Shown: positions 36,714 through 47,540 of the stretch, piece by piece
Layout: each line of letters begins with the position of its first letter
How positions within the stretch are numbered: the first letter of the stretch is position 1
Assembly (NCBI GenBank): GCA_965228735.1
Contig: OZ245838.1
Span: 3,392,001 to 3,456,000 of the forward strand
DNA: 64,000 nucleotides
Direction: 5' to 3'
Origin: Planctomycetota bacterium
GTDB taxonomy: Bacteria; Planctomycetota; UBA1135; UBA2386
Notes under the pieces: generated by a model
Told to the model about the DNA's origin: nothing
What the model saw: only the letters and a program-made list of their open reading frames with translations
The model's database searches: none
Program-made: the position numbers and the translations under genes

Positions 36714-39700
36714 ATGCACCGCACCCTGCATCGACTCGCGATCATCCTGCCGGGACTGCTCGGCACGGCCGTTCTCGCGCAGCAGCCAGCCGCCGCGAAC
36801 GCCCCGACCGACTCCGTCTACCGCGACCGGATCCAGCCGCTGCTGAGCAAGCACTGCTTCCGCTGCCACGGTGAGAAGAAGCAGAAGGCCGACGTCCGGC
36901 TCGACAATCTCGACGCGACGATGGGCACGGCCGCGGCGGCCGAGGGCTGGCGGTCGGCGCTCGACATGATCAACTCCGGCGAGATGCCGCCGGAGGACGA
37001 GCCGCAGTTCACCGACGACCAGCGGCGCGAGGTCGTCGACTGGATGACGAGCTCGCTCGACCGGGCCGCCGAGGAGCAGAAGGGCCAACGCCACGTCGTG
37101 CTGCGGCGCCTGACCCGGGCGCAGTACACCAACGCGCTGCAGGACCTGCTCGGAGTCACGATCGACTTCGGCCGCGACCTGCCGGCCGACGGCAAGTCCG
37201 AGATGGGCTTCTCCAACAACGGCGAGGTCCTGCAGGCGAGCTCGCTGCACCTGGACTACTACCGTGACATCGCGCGCCGCGGCATCGAGCAGGCGATCCC
37301 GATCGGCGGCCGCCCGCCCGTCACGCACTACCGCGTCGAGTTCGGCAAGGGCATCGGCAAGGGCCTCGTGGCCGGTCGCACCGGCGGCTACCAGTCCGTG
37401 CCGCTCAACCCCGACGACTTCACCGTCGAGATCCTCGGCGACGGCCCCGCTGACGAGGACGAACGCCATCGCCTGCAGAAGAAGATCAGCGTCGGCCTGC
37501 GCGGCTCGGGCCAGGACCGGTTCCGCGTCACCGACGACGGCATGGTGCTGCTGTCCGCGCTGCCGCACCGCGAGAAGGTGCCGAAATCGTGGCAGGGCCC
37601 GTCACCCAACCTCAAACTCGAGATGCAGCGCTGCTGGCCGCGCACCGGCGACTTCGTGATGCGCGTCACGGCGTCGCGCGGCACGGTCCCGCCGCTGCGC
37701 CGCCAGATCCTCGTCGGGCTCGACGAACCGATCGCGCTCGCGGCGATCGGCGAGGACGGCGCGCCGCGCGGCCCCGAGGGTGCGATCGTGATCGCGGCGA
37801 AGTCGAAGCGCGTCGACCAGAAGAAGAACGTGCGCCTCGAGGGCGACACGCTCGTCGCCGTCGACGTGCCCGAGCCGAGCCGCGTGCGCGTGCGCGCCGA
37901 CCTGCCGCGCGACGGCTTCTGGCAGGTCGACCTCGTGCACCCCTACGTCGCGCCCGACGCGATGCCGTCCGTGCGGCTCTCGGCGGCGGGGCACCACATC
38001 GACCAGCGGCTGACGCTCGAGGAAGCCGGCTCCGAGCTGCGCGTGACGCCGCTCGGCGTGCTCGGCCTGCGCGCCGGTCGCCACCACCTCGTCGTCGGCG
38101 GCCCGTTCTTCGTCGGCTGCAGCCACGTGGTGATCACGCCGCTGCCGGCGGACCACCCGCAGGTCGTCCGGCTCACCGCGCGCGTCGACGAGCAGAACGA
38201 CGCCGTCAAGGATCTCGTGCCGTCGATCCGGGCGCTGGTCGGCACCCGCACCGACGACGGCATGGACTACCTCACGTTCGGCGACGCGCAGGAGGTGCAC
38301 GCGAAAGAAGGCCAGCCCGCGACGTACGAGTTCTTCGGCCGCCTCGAGAACCTGCCGATCCCGGCCCCCGAGTCGGGGGACCTGGAGGTCCTGTCGGGCT
38401 TCCTGCTCCTCGGCATCTGGAACGACCACCTCGTCAAGAGCAAGAACGAGACCGGGCCGCCGCTGCTCGTGAAGGCGATCGAGTTCGAGGCCCCCTACCA
38501 TCCGACGTGGCCGCCGCGGTCGCGGCAGCAGATCTTCGTCGATGGCGACCGCAGCGACCTCGTGGCCTACACGCGCACGGTGCTGCGGACGTTCCTCGAG
38601 CGCGCGTTCCGGCGCGACGTCGAGGCCGCCGAGGTCGAACGCTACCTCGGGTTCTGGCAGGCGATCCGCGGCGATTACGGCTCCTACGAGGAAGGCGTCG
38701 GCGAGGTGCTGATCGCGATCCTGTGCTCGCCGCAGTTCTTGTATCTGGTCGAGTTCGAGGAGCACCAGGAGGAGCTGTCCGAGATGGCGCTCGCTAACCG
38801 GCTCGCGTTCTTCCTGTGGAACTCGCCGCCCGATGCCGAGCTCCGCGCCGTCGCCGAACGCGGTGAACTCCGGTCCGAACTGCTCGCCCAGACGGACCGC
38901 ATACTCGATGACGACAAGGCGTGGCGCTTCGTCCGCGCGTTCGCCTACGAGTGGCTGCGGCTCGATCGCCACGCGGAGATGACGATCAACGTCGACCAGC
39001 ACGGCGACTACACGCGCTTCGTGAAGCGCGACATGGCGGAGGAGACCTACCACTTCGTGCACCGCGTGCTGCACGACGACCTGCCGATCACCGCGCTGAT
39101 CGACTCGGACTTCGCGATGCTCAATCAGAACCTCGCCGAGTTCTATGGCATCGACGGCGTCATGGGGCCGCACTTCCGCCCCGTGCCCGTGACCCCGGAC
39201 CAGCGCCGCGGCGGTCTGCTCTCGCAGGGCGCGTTCCTCGTCGGTCACAGCGACGGCATGGAGCCGCACCCGATCAAGCGCGCGGTGTGGGTGAAGGAGA
39301 AGATCCTCGGCGACCCGCCGCCGCCGCCGCCGCCGAACGTGCCCGACCTCGACCCGGACACGCCGGGCTTCGAGAAGCTCACGCTCAAACAGCAGCTCGA
39401 GGTGCACCGCGACAGCGCATCGTGCCGCGACTGCCATGCGGGCATCGACCCGTTCGGCATCGCGTTCGAGAAGCTCTCGGCGGTCGGCCGCTACGAACCG
39501 AAGCGCAAGGGTCTGACCGTGGACGCGACAACGGTGCTGCCGGACGGCACCGCGATCGACGGGGTGCGGCAGCTGCAGGACTACCTGCTCGGCGAACGCC
39601 GCGACGACTTCGCGCGGGCGCTGATCGAGCACCTGTTCGCCTACGCGCTCGGCCGCAATGTGCACTTCGCGGACGAAAGTGAGATCGACGCGCTGCTGTG

Positions 39701-39779
39701 GCAGGTAAAACTGTCCGGGTATCGGATGCGGGCGGTGATCCGCAGCATCGTCACGAGTCCGTCGTTCACCCACCGGTGA
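36714..39779 (+). CDS. Planctomycete-type cytochrome c protein (DUF1587/DUF1592/DUF1588/DUF1585 architecture)
   Basis: Signal peptide; heme motifs CFRCH and CRDCH; LRRLTRAQY.N, LAFFLWNSPPD, RGGLLSQG, HPIKRAVW, YALGR. Confidence 0.88.
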   Translation: MHRTLHRLAIILPGLLGTAVLAQQPAAANAPTDSVYRDRIQPLLSKHCFRCHGEKKQKADVRLDNLDATMGTAAAAEGWRSALDMINSGEMPPEDEPQFTDDQRREVVDWMTSSLDRAAEEQKGQRHVVLRRLTRAQYTNALQDLLGVTIDFGRDLPADGKSEMGFSNNGEVLQASSLHLDYYRDIARRGIEQAIPIGGRPPVTHYRVEFGKGIGKGLVAGRTGGYQSVPLNPDDFTVEILGDGPADEDERHRLQKKISVGLRGSGQDRFRVTDDGMVLLSALPHREKVPKSWQGPSPNLKLEMQRCWPRTGDFVMRVTASRGTVPPLRRQILVGLDEPIALAAIGEDGAPRGPEGAIVIAAKSKRVDQKKNVRLEGDTLVAVDVPEPSRVRVRADLPRDGFWQVDLVHPYVAPDAMPSVRLSAAGHHIDQRLTLEEAGSELRVTPLGVLGLRAGRHHLVVGGPFFVGCSHVVITPLPADHPQVVRLTARVDEQNDAVKDLVPSIRALVGTRTDDGMDYLTFGDAQEVHAKEGQPATYEFFGRLENLPIPAPESGDLEVLSGFLLLGIWNDHLVKSKNETGPPLLVKAIEFEAPYHPTWPPRSRQQIFVDGDRSDLVAYTRTVLRTFLERAFRRDVEAAEVERYLGFWQAIRGDYGSYEEGVGEVLIAILCSPQFLYLVEFEEHQEELSEMALANRLAFFLWNSPPDAELRAVAERGELRSELLAQTDRILDDDKAWRFVRAFAYEWLRLDRHAEMTINVDQHGDYTRFVKRDMAEETYHFVHRVLHDDLPITALIDSDFAMLNQNLAEFYGIDGVMGPHFRPVPVTPDQRRGGLLSQGAFLVGHSDGMEPHPIKRAVWVKEKILGDPPPPPPPNVPDLDPDTPGFEKLTLKQQLEVHRDSASCRDCHAGIDPFGIAFEKLSAVGRYEPKRKGLTVDATTVLPDGTAIDGVRQLQDYLLGERRDDFARALIEHLFAYALGRNVHFADESEIDALLWQVKLSGYRMRAVIRSIVTSPSFTHR

Positions 39780-39839
39780 CGTCGGCCGATCCCTCCAGGT
39801 TGCCTGTCCGACACGCCCCGTAAGCCGAAGTCATCCCTC

Positions 39840-41192
39840 ATGACCAAGCTCAGTAGCCTCTTCGACCGCCGCAACTTCCTGCGCGGTGCCGGTGTGACCG
39901 TCACGCTGCCGTGGCTCGAGTCGCTCACGCGCCCGTTGGTTCCTGGCGCCCCGAAGCGCGAGCCCGTCCGCCGGATGTGCTTCGTCTACTTCCCCAACGG
40001 CGCGGCGATGCCGAAGGAGCACGACGAGAAGTGGGGCAAGTGGCGCTGGTTCCCGCACGATCCGGGGCGGGACTACGAGTTCACCGAGGTGCTGAAGTGC
40101 CTCGCGCCGTTCCGCGAGAAGCTCTCGCTGCTCGGCGGCCTGAGTCACCCGCTGAGTCGGGAGCTGCTCGGACACCTCGCGGGCGACACCTGGCTGACCG
40201 CCGGTGACATGCGCGGTGACGTCTACAAGAATCGGGTGTCCGTCGACCAGGTCGCGGCGCGGCAGCTGCAGAAGCACACGCGCTACCCGTCGCTCGTGCT
40301 CAGCACGGACGGTGGCGTCGGCTACAAGTCGCGCGTCTCGACGCTGTCGTTCGACCACAGCGCGCGCCCGATCCCGTCCGAGTGCCGCCAGCGGCTCATC
40401 TTCGAGCGCTACTTCGCGCCGGGCGGCGGTGCGACGACCGACGAACGGCGCCACCAGCTGCAGCGCGGCAAGAAGATCGTCGACCTCGTTCTCGAGGACA
40501 GCAAACGCCTGCAGGGCAAGCTCTCGGCGCGCGATCAGCAGAAGCTCGATGCCTACCTGGCGTCGCTCGACTCGGTCGAGGCCCAGATCCGCCGCAACGA
40601 GGAGTGGCTCGACCGGCCGATCAAGCCGTTCGACGCGAGCAAGATCGATCTCGACGTGGGTGCGGGCGTCGACCCGCAGGGTTACCTGCGATCGATGTTC
40701 GACCTCATGGTCCTGGGCTTCCAGACCGACCTCACGCGCGTCATGACGTTCATGACCGGGCGCGAGGACGGCATGGGCTTCGCCGACAAGTTCCCGGAGC
40801 GCGCGCTCGGCATCAAGCGCGGGCACCACACGATCAGCCACGACCAGCACGAGGGTCACTGGGATCAGTGGGGCCGGTACGATCAGTGGCACGCGCAGCA
40901 GTTCGGCTACTTCCTCGATCGCCTCGACGAGGTCGAGGACGAGCACGGCAAGCTGCTCGACACCACGATGGTGCTCTACGGCAGCTGCTGCAGCACGACG
41001 CACAACGCGCGCAACTACCCGCTCGCGCTCGCCGGCGGCGGCAAGCTCGGGCTGCGACACGGCGGCTACCACAAGTACGACGAGTCGACGCCGTTCAGCA
41101 ACGTGTTCGTCGGCATGCTCAACGCGGTCGGCGTGAAGACCGAGAGCTTCGCCGACAGCACGGGCACGATCGCCGAAGTCTTCCCCGCGTAA
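39840..41192 (+). CDS. DUF1552 domain protein
   Basis: Tat-like DRRNFLRGAG..LPWLES, YFPNG, SVDQVAA, GFQTDLTRV, GHHTISH, LAGGG; usual partner of the upstream gene. Confidence 0.88.
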   Translation: MTKLSSLFDRRNFLRGAGVTVTLPWLESLTRPLVPGAPKREPVRRMCFVYFPNGAAMPKEHDEKWGKWRWFPHDPGRDYEFTEVLKCLAPFREKLSLLGGLSHPLSRELLGHLAGDTWLTAGDMRGDVYKNRVSVDQVAARQLQKHTRYPSLVLSTDGGVGYKSRVSTLSFDHSARPIPSECRQRLIFERYFAPGGGATTDERRHQLQRGKKIVDLVLEDSKRLQGKLSARDQQKLDAYLASLDSVEAQIRRNEEWLDRPIKPFDASKIDLDVGAGVDPQGYLRSMFDLMVLGFQTDLTRVMTFMTGREDGMGFADKFPERALGIKRGHHTISHDQHEGHWDQWGRYDQWHAQQFGYFLDRLDEVEDEHGKLLDTTMVLYGSCCSTTHNARNYPLALAGGGKLGLRHGGYHKYDESTPFSNVFVGMLNAVGVKTESFADSTGTIAEVFPA

Positions 41193-41326
41193 GCGGACCT
41201 CGCGGAATCCCCGTAGCGGGGTTGTGTACGGTGCCAGGCACGCACCACAACCCCCTGGCACGAACCACAACCCCTGTGGCGATCGCGGCGCGCTACGATG
41301 GACGCGCTTCTCGCCCTACGCTCGCC

Positions 41327-43102
41327 GTGATCCAATCCGCCCTCGTCCCTCTCGCCGCGCTGCTGGCAGCGCTGTTCGCTGCGCTCGCGCTGCCGGGCCA
41401 GAACCCGATCCAGGTGCCGCTGAACTACAACTTCAACGGCATCGCGCACGCCGGCGAAACCGGCCAACCCGACAATCCGAACGGCTTCCGGTCGATCTCG
41501 GATCGCGCGCTCGACTTCACGGGCGGCATCCCGAACGACCCCGTGCTTGCGCGCTACGCGCTCGTCACGATGCCGGGGACCCTCGACATGGTGCACCTCG
41601 GTAACCGCAACACGGTCGACAACGGCAACTGGGCGTTCGATTCTTCGCCCAACAGCAACAGCATCGGCACGCGGCCGAGCTGGCTGCCGAGCGTCAATCA
41701 GAGCGGGCCGCAGGCGACGGTGCTGTCGACGCCGATCCCGCTCGGACTGCAGTCGCAGGCGACGGTGCTGTTCCACGTGAGCAACGGCGGCGGCTCGTGC
41801 GATGTCTTGTTCACGTTCCAGAGCGCCCTGACGGTGACGCGGACGATCACGGCACCGGACTGGTTCAACGGCGGCTACGCCGGCCGCGACAGCGTCGATC
41901 GCGCCAACCCCGGCGGCAACCTCAACCTCGTCGAGGCGACGGTCGATCTCAGCGCGCACGCGGGCGAGACGCTGATCCGCATCGCGTTCTTCAACCGCTC
42001 CAACACCAACGCCGGCTACGGCATCTACGGCGTCAACGTCGTGCCCGCGCCCGAGCCGGCGACGGTCAACGAGATCCCGCTGAACTGCAACTGGAACGGC
42101 ATCGTGCACGCCGGCGAGTCGGGCCAGCCCGATGCCCCGAACGGCTACCGGTCGATCGCGGACAAGGGCCTCGACTTCTCGGGCGGCGTGCCGAACAACG
42201 CGCAGCTCGCCGGCTTCGACCTCGTCGAGTCGCCGGGTGTGCTCGATCTCGTGCTGCTGGGCAACCGCAACACGGTGGGGAACGCCCAGTATCCGTTCGA
42301 TCCGCTGCCCGACGGCGACGACCTCGGCACGCAACCCGCGTGGCTGAGCAATCCCGATCTCACGGGGCCGCAGACGACGACGCTGCCGACGCCGGTCCTG
42401 CTCGACAGCAGTTCGACGGCGAGTTTCCTCTATCAGATGTCACACGGGGGCGGCGCGTTCGACGTGCGGTTCACCTTCACGACGGCGTCGGTGACGTCGA
42501 CCCTGACCGCGAGCGACTGGGCCGCTGGTAGCTATCTCGCGGCCGGGAACGTGGACCGCGGCCAGACGGCGACGACGCTGCGGATCGAGGACGCGACGAT
42601 CGACCTCGGGCCGCTCGCCGGCCTCGTGCTGACCGCGATCACGTTCGAGAACTCGTCCAACAGCAACGGCAGCTGCGCCATCCTCGCGGCGACCGTGACC
42701 GGTTGCCTCGCGTGCAGCAACGTCGGCGGCCCGACCGCGTTCGGCGGCGGCAACGGCCCGACGATGACGACGTCGTCGACGGGCGCGCTCGGCTGCCCGC
42801 TCGACTGGACGGTGCAGGGCGCAACGCCCGGCACCACGTTCGGCCGCTTCGCGCTGTCGTTCGCCACGACGGGCCTGCCGCTCGCGGGCTTCGTCCCGGG
42901 CTGCACCGGCACGATCTTCGTCGACAACCCGGTGACGGCCGTCGCCGTCGTCAATCCGGCCGGCAACGCGACGTTCGCGTTGCCGATCCAGACCGATCCC
43001 GCGTTCTGCGGCCTGCGCATCATCGCGCAGTACGCCGAGCTCGTCCCGACCTCCTGCCCCATCCTGCTCAGCGATGCACTCTCGATCACGATCGGTAACT
43101 GA
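41327..43102 (+). CDS. Secreted protein with two 220-aa repeats plus C-terminal domain
   Basis: GTG 41327 (alt. 41276), signal peptide, repeats starting PLNYNFNG / PLNCNWNG 660 nt apart; paralog of 45712..47475. Confidence 0.82.
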   Translation: MIQSALVPLAALLAALFAALALPGQNPIQVPLNYNFNGIAHAGETGQPDNPNGFRSISDRALDFTGGIPNDPVLARYALVTMPGTLDMVHLGNRNTVDNGNWAFDSSPNSNSIGTRPSWLPSVNQSGPQATVLSTPIPLGLQSQATVLFHVSNGGGSCDVLFTFQSALTVTRTITAPDWFNGGYAGRDSVDRANPGGNLNLVEATVDLSAHAGETLIRIAFFNRSNTNAGYGIYGVNVVPAPEPATVNEIPLNCNWNGIVHAGESGQPDAPNGYRSIADKGLDFSGGVPNNAQLAGFDLVESPGVLDLVLLGNRNTVGNAQYPFDPLPDGDDLGTQPAWLSNPDLTGPQTTTLPTPVLLDSSSTASFLYQMSHGGGAFDVRFTFTTASVTSTLTASDWAAGSYLAAGNVDRGQTATTLRIEDATIDLGPLAGLVLTAITFENSSNSNGSCAILAATVTGCLACSNVGGPTAFGGGNGPTMTTSSTGALGCPLDWTVQGATPGTTFGRFALSFATTGLPLAGFVPGCTGTIFVDNPVTAVAVVNPAGNATFALPIQTDPAFCGLRIIAQYAELVPTSCPILLSDALSITIGN

Positions 43103-45659
43103 TCTCGCGTTCGCCACCGCGGCGCTCGCGATCACGCTCGCGGCGCGCGTCACGGCGCAGAACCAGCCGCCGCTGACGCCCGGCTTCACGGAGCCGCCGA
43201 CGAGCAACCTCACGCTCAACCCGAGCGACGTCCACATGGAGACGACGCCGTTCTCCGATCCGGACCCGGGCGATCAGCACGCGGCGTCGGACTTCGAGAT
43301 CTGGACGGTGTCGCCGTCGCAGCGCGTCTGGGCGGGGCTCGGACTCACGGGTTTCGAGAAGGTGCACGCCCATCTCGGCGACGGCGTGTTCGAGAACTCG
43401 CACAGCGGCTGGCACCGACTGTTCGCCAACACGCAGTTCCTGCTGCGCGTGCGGCACAAGGACGACAGCGGCGATCCGGCCACCGAGTGGAGCGGCTGGG
43501 CGTCGGTCCCGTTCGCGACCGGCGACGCCGGAATCAAGCTCCCGATGCTGCTCGAGGACGTCGACAGCACTCCCGCGCCGACGTGGACGGAGGCGAACAA
43601 CCCCACGGTTGCGATCGACCTGCCCGCCGGCCTGCCGAGCCCGATGTTGCGGATCGAGACCGACACCCGCTGGCAGCTGCTCCGCATCGACGGCACGGCG
43701 AACACCATCAACCGGGTCTTCAACCCGCCGGGCCTGCCCGTGCATCGCGCGATCCGCGTCGTCATCGAGGCGGGCAACCCCGGCGGCAACCTACAGCTTC
43801 CCGCCAGCGATCTGCGCGCCTTCGAGCACAGCTGCGAGGGCTTCGTCATCCACCTGCCGGCGGTCGACCTGGCGCCGTTCTCGCGCGCCGAGTTCTGGGT
43901 CAGCGACCACGGCGGCACGTACGATGCGGCCGGCTCACCGTTCGTGCCGACGTTCAACAATCTCGCGCGCCCGGTGCCCGTACCGTGGGAGCCGCTGCAG
44001 GCCGGGTTCGCGCTCGACGTCGTCGCGTCGGGCCTGCGCATGCCGGTGAACATCGCGTTCGTGCCGGGCGCAGGCACGCAACCGCTCGATCCCAAGTTCT
44101 ACGTCACCGAGCTCTACGGCACGATCAAGGTCGTGACCAACGACGGCACGGTCGCGACCTACGCGTCCAACCTGCTCAACTACACGCCATCGGGCGCGTT
44201 CCCGGGCAGCGGCGAACAGGGCCTCGCGGGGATCGCGGTCGACCCCGTCACGGGCGACGTCTTCGTCTCCCATCTGTGGCGCACCGGCGGGCAGAACAAC
44301 CCGCGCATCACGCGGCTCACGAGCCAGAACGGCGGCCTCACGTCGTCGTCGCGGCAGGTGATCCTCGACATGCTCGGGGAACCGCAGGGCCAGTCGCATC
44401 AGGTCTCGTGCCTCGAGATCGTGAACGGCGAGCTCTACTGCCACATGGGTGACGGCTTCGCCTACCAAACGGCGCAGAACCTCGGCTCCTACCGCGGCAA
44501 GATCCTGCGGCTCAACCTCGACGGCACGCCGGTCACGAGCAACCCGTTCTACAACGGCGGCACGATCAACTCGCGCGACTACGTCTACTGCTACGGGGTG
44601 CGCAACCCGTTCGGCGGCGCGTGGCGCGCCGCGGACGGCGTGCGCTACTGCGTCGAGAACGGCCCCAACGTCGACCGCCTGTCGCAGCTCGTGCCGGGCC
44701 GCAACTTCGGCTGGAACAACTCGAACTCGAGCATGTTCAACTTCGCGCTGCACGCGTGGGACCCGTCATCCGGGCCCGTCAGCATCGCGTTCGTGCAGCC
44801 GCAGACATTCGGTGGCAGCGGCTTCCCGGCCGAGCTGCACGACCGCGCGTTCGTCACCGAGTCCGGCGCGACCTACGCGCAGGGCGAACAGTCGATCGGC
44901 AAGCGGATCACGTCGTTCACGTTCGACGCCAGCGGCAACGTCACGAGCGGACCGATCCCGTTCGTCGAGTACACCGGCGACGGCTTCGCGACCGCGGTCG
45001 CGCTCGCGGCCGGCCCCGACGGGCTCTACTTCAGCGAGTTCTACCGCGACGAGATGACGTCGGGGCCGACCGCGACCGGCGCGCGCATCCTGCGCGTGAG
45101 CTACGGCGACCCGCTCGACTGCGACGACAACGGCCTGCCCGACGCGTGCGAGCTGGCGAACGGCGCGGCCGACTGCAACGGCAACGGCGTGCTCGACGTG
45201 TGTGACCTCAGCTCGGGCACGTCCCACGACTTCGACGGCAACGGCGTGCCCGACGAGTGCGATCCGCTGTTCGCGAGTGTCGACACGATCTCGCTGAGCG
45301 CCGGCGGCACGGTCATGTTCGACCTCGACGCGGGTGCGAGCAACGCCGGGCAGCTCTACCGGCTGCTCGGCTCGATGACGGGCACGACCCCCGGCACGCA
45401 GTTCGGCAACGTCACGCTGCCGCTCAACAGCGTGAACGACCCTTGGTATCAGCTCACGTCAACGGTGTTCAACCCGGCGATCCTGCAGGGCACGGTCGGG
45501 CAACTCGACGGCGCCGGCCGCGCGCAGGCCGCGATCGCCGTGCCGCCGCTGCCGCTCAGCCTGCTCGGGCTGACGTTCCACCACGCCTACCTCGTGAGCG
45601 ACCCGAGCATGCTGGCGCTGTTCGCCAGCAACGCGGTCCCGCTCACGATGACGCCCTGA
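43074..45659 (+). CDS. Secreted PQQ-dependent glucose/sorbosone-dehydrogenase-like beta-propeller protein with Cys/Asp repeats and C-terminal domain
   Basis: GEQGLAGIAVDP, GKILRLNLDG, YGVRNPFG, ENGP; DCDDNGLPDACE / DCNGNGVLDVCD / DFDGNGVPDECD repeats. Confidence 0.82.
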   Translation: MHSRSRSVTDLAFATAALAITLAARVTAQNQPPLTPGFTEPPTSNLTLNPSDVHMETTPFSDPDPGDQHAASDFEIWTVSPSQRVWAGLGLTGFEKVHAHLGDGVFENSHSGWHRLFANTQFLLRVRHKDDSGDPATEWSGWASVPFATGDAGIKLPMLLEDVDSTPAPTWTEANNPTVAIDLPAGLPSPMLRIETDTRWQLLRIDGTANTINRVFNPPGLPVHRAIRVVIEAGNPGGNLQLPASDLRAFEHSCEGFVIHLPAVDLAPFSRAEFWVSDHGGTYDAAGSPFVPTFNNLARPVPVPWEPLQAGFALDVVASGLRMPVNIAFVPGAGTQPLDPKFYVTELYGTIKVVTNDGTVATYASNLLNYTPSGAFPGSGEQGLAGIAVDPVTGDVFVSHLWRTGGQNNPRITRLTSQNGGLTSSSRQVILDMLGEPQGQSHQVSCLEIVNGELYCHMGDGFAYQTAQNLGSYRGKILRLNLDGTPVTSNPFYNGGTINSRDYVYCYGVRNPFGGAWRAADGVRYCVENGPNVDRLSQLVPGRNFGWNNSNSSMFNFALHAWDPSSGPVSIAFVQPQTFGGSGFPAELHDRAFVTESGATYAQGEQSIGKRITSFTFDASGNVTSGPIPFVEYTGDGFATAVALAAGPDGLYFSEFYRDEMTSGPTATGARILRVSYGDPLDCDDNGLPDACELANGAADCNGNGVLDVCDLSSGTSHDFDGNGVPDECDPLFASVDTISLSAGGTVMFDLDAGASNAGQLYRLLGSMTGTTPGTQFGNVTLPLNSVNDPWYQLTSTVFNPAILQGTVGQLDGAGRAQAAIAVPPLPLSLLGLTFHHAYLVSDPSMLALFASNAVPLTMTP

Positions 45660-45711
45660 CCTATACACCGCACCGACCCACCTACACCCCACGACTGCTC
45701 GAGGTACTCGC

Positions 45712-47475
45712 ATGACCGTCCGCTTCTTCGTTCTCACTGTTGCCCTCTCCGCGCCGCTCGCCGCCCAGGCGATCCCCGTGCCGCTGAACTACAACTTCAA
45801 CGGCATCGTCCATACCGGTGAAGCCGGGTTCCCCGACGCGCCGAACGGCTTCCGGTCGATCTCCGATCGCGCGCTCGACTTCACGCTCGGCGTGCCGTCC
45901 GACCCGCTGCTCTCGAGCTATCAGCTCGTGACGACCCCGACCACGCTCGACATCGTGCATCTCGGCAACCGCAACACGGTGGACAACAGCAGCAAGCCCT
46001 TCGACCCCACGCCCAACGCCAACAACCTCGGCATCCAGCCGAACTGGCTGGCCAACCCGGACCAGACCGGCCCGCAGACCTCGGTGCTTGCGATGCCGAT
46101 GCCCGTCACGTCGACGACGAGCGCCGCATTCCTCTACCAGGTCAGCAACGGCGGCGGTTCGTTCGACGTGAGGTTCACGTTCCAGAACAGCCCTGACTTC
46201 ACCGCGACGCTGTCGGCCGGCGACTGGTTCGGCGGCACCCTGCCCGGCACGGGCTCGGTCGACGAGGGTTTCCCCGACAACAACCTGTCGCTGACCGAGG
46301 GGCGCATCGATCTGTCCGCGTTCGCCGGCGACAACGTCACGGCGATCACGTTCGAGAACGCGAGCAACGGCAACGCGGGCTACGCGATCGTCGCGTGCAA
46401 CTTCGAGTACCCGCCCGTGCCGTCCGGCGTGATCCGGATCCCGCTGAACTACAACTTCAACGGCATCGTGCACGCGGGTGAACCAGGCCTCCCCGATGAC
46501 CTGAACGGCTACCGCTCGATCTCCGATCGCGGCCTCGACTTCACGGCCGGCGTGCCGACGGACCCGATCCTCGCGCCCTACTCGGTCATCGACACCGCTG
46601 GCACGCTCGACATCGTCCACCTCGGCAACCGCGACACCGTGAACAACAACGGCCAGCCGTTCGACCTCATCCCCGACAACGACGACATCGGCGTCATCCC
46701 CGCGTGGCTCCCGAGCGCCGACCAGACCGGCCCGCAGGTCACCCAGCTGTCGTCGCCGATCCTGCTCGACGGCAGCTCGCGCGCCACCGTGCTGTTCCAG
46801 ATCAGCAACGGCGGCGGCTCGTTCGACGTCGAGTTCGGCTTCCAGGCCGGCCCCCCGGTGATCGCCTCGGTCACGGGCGGCGACTGGTTCGGCGGCACCC
46901 TGCCCGGCACGGCCAACTTCGACAGCGGCCTGCCCGGCGCGAATCTGTCGCTGACCGAAGGCACGATCAACCTCTTCACCGAGGCTGGCCGCACGCTCAC
47001 GAGCATCGCGTTCCAGAACCGGTCGAACACCAACGCCGGCTACGCGATCGTCGCGATGAACGTCATCGGCTGTGGCATCTGCACGAACTCCGCGACGGCC
47101 GCGGTCACCAACCTCGGCGGCGGCACCGGCCCGACGCTGAGCTCGCAGTCGACGGCGCGCCTCGGTTGCGACCTCGACTGGTCGGTTGCGGGCGCGGTTC
47201 CGAGCAGCTTCGGCTTCTTCGTCCTCGGCCTCGGCTCCGCACCGACGCCGCTCAGCTCGTTCGTGCCGACCTGCACGACTGGCACGGTGCACATCGTCAA
47301 CCCGTCGAACCTGTTCGTCGCGACGAGCGCCGCGGGTGGTGCCGGCGTGAACTTCGAAACGCCGAACGCCCAGTTCGTCTGCGGCGTGACGTTCGCGGCG
47401 CAGTACGCGGAGCTCGTCTCCGGCAGCTGCTTCGTGTCGATCAGCAACGCGGTGTCGATCACGGTCGGCAACTGA
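45712..47475 (+). CDS. Secreted protein with two 220-aa repeats plus C-terminal domain (paralog of 41327..43102)
   Basis: GAGGT SD, signal peptide ending LAAQ, PLNYNFNGIVH at 45781 and 46441. Confidence 0.88.
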   Translation: MTVRFFVLTVALSAPLAAQAIPVPLNYNFNGIVHTGEAGFPDAPNGFRSISDRALDFTLGVPSDPLLSSYQLVTTPTTLDIVHLGNRNTVDNSSKPFDPTPNANNLGIQPNWLANPDQTGPQTSVLAMPMPVTSTTSAAFLYQVSNGGGSFDVRFTFQNSPDFTATLSAGDWFGGTLPGTGSVDEGFPDNNLSLTEGRIDLSAFAGDNVTAITFENASNGNAGYAIVACNFEYPPVPSGVIRIPLNYNFNGIVHAGEPGLPDDLNGYRSISDRGLDFTAGVPTDPILAPYSVIDTAGTLDIVHLGNRDTVNNNGQPFDLIPDNDDIGVIPAWLPSADQTGPQVTQLSSPILLDGSSRATVLFQISNGGGSFDVEFGFQAGPPVIASVTGGDWFGGTLPGTANFDSGLPGANLSLTEGTINLFTEAGRTLTSIAFQNRSNTNAGYAIVAMNVIGCGICTNSATAAVTNLGGGTGPTLSSQSTARLGCDLDWSVAGAVPSSFGFFVLGLGSAPTPLSSFVPTCTTGTVHIVNPSNLFVATSAAGGAGVNFETPNAQFVCGVTFAAQYAELVSGSCFVSISNAVSITVGN

Positions 47476-47540
47476 TCCGCCGAGACCTGCGGGCGCGCCC
47501 TGCCCCGGACGTATCGGCGCGCCCGCACGCTGCTCACTGC

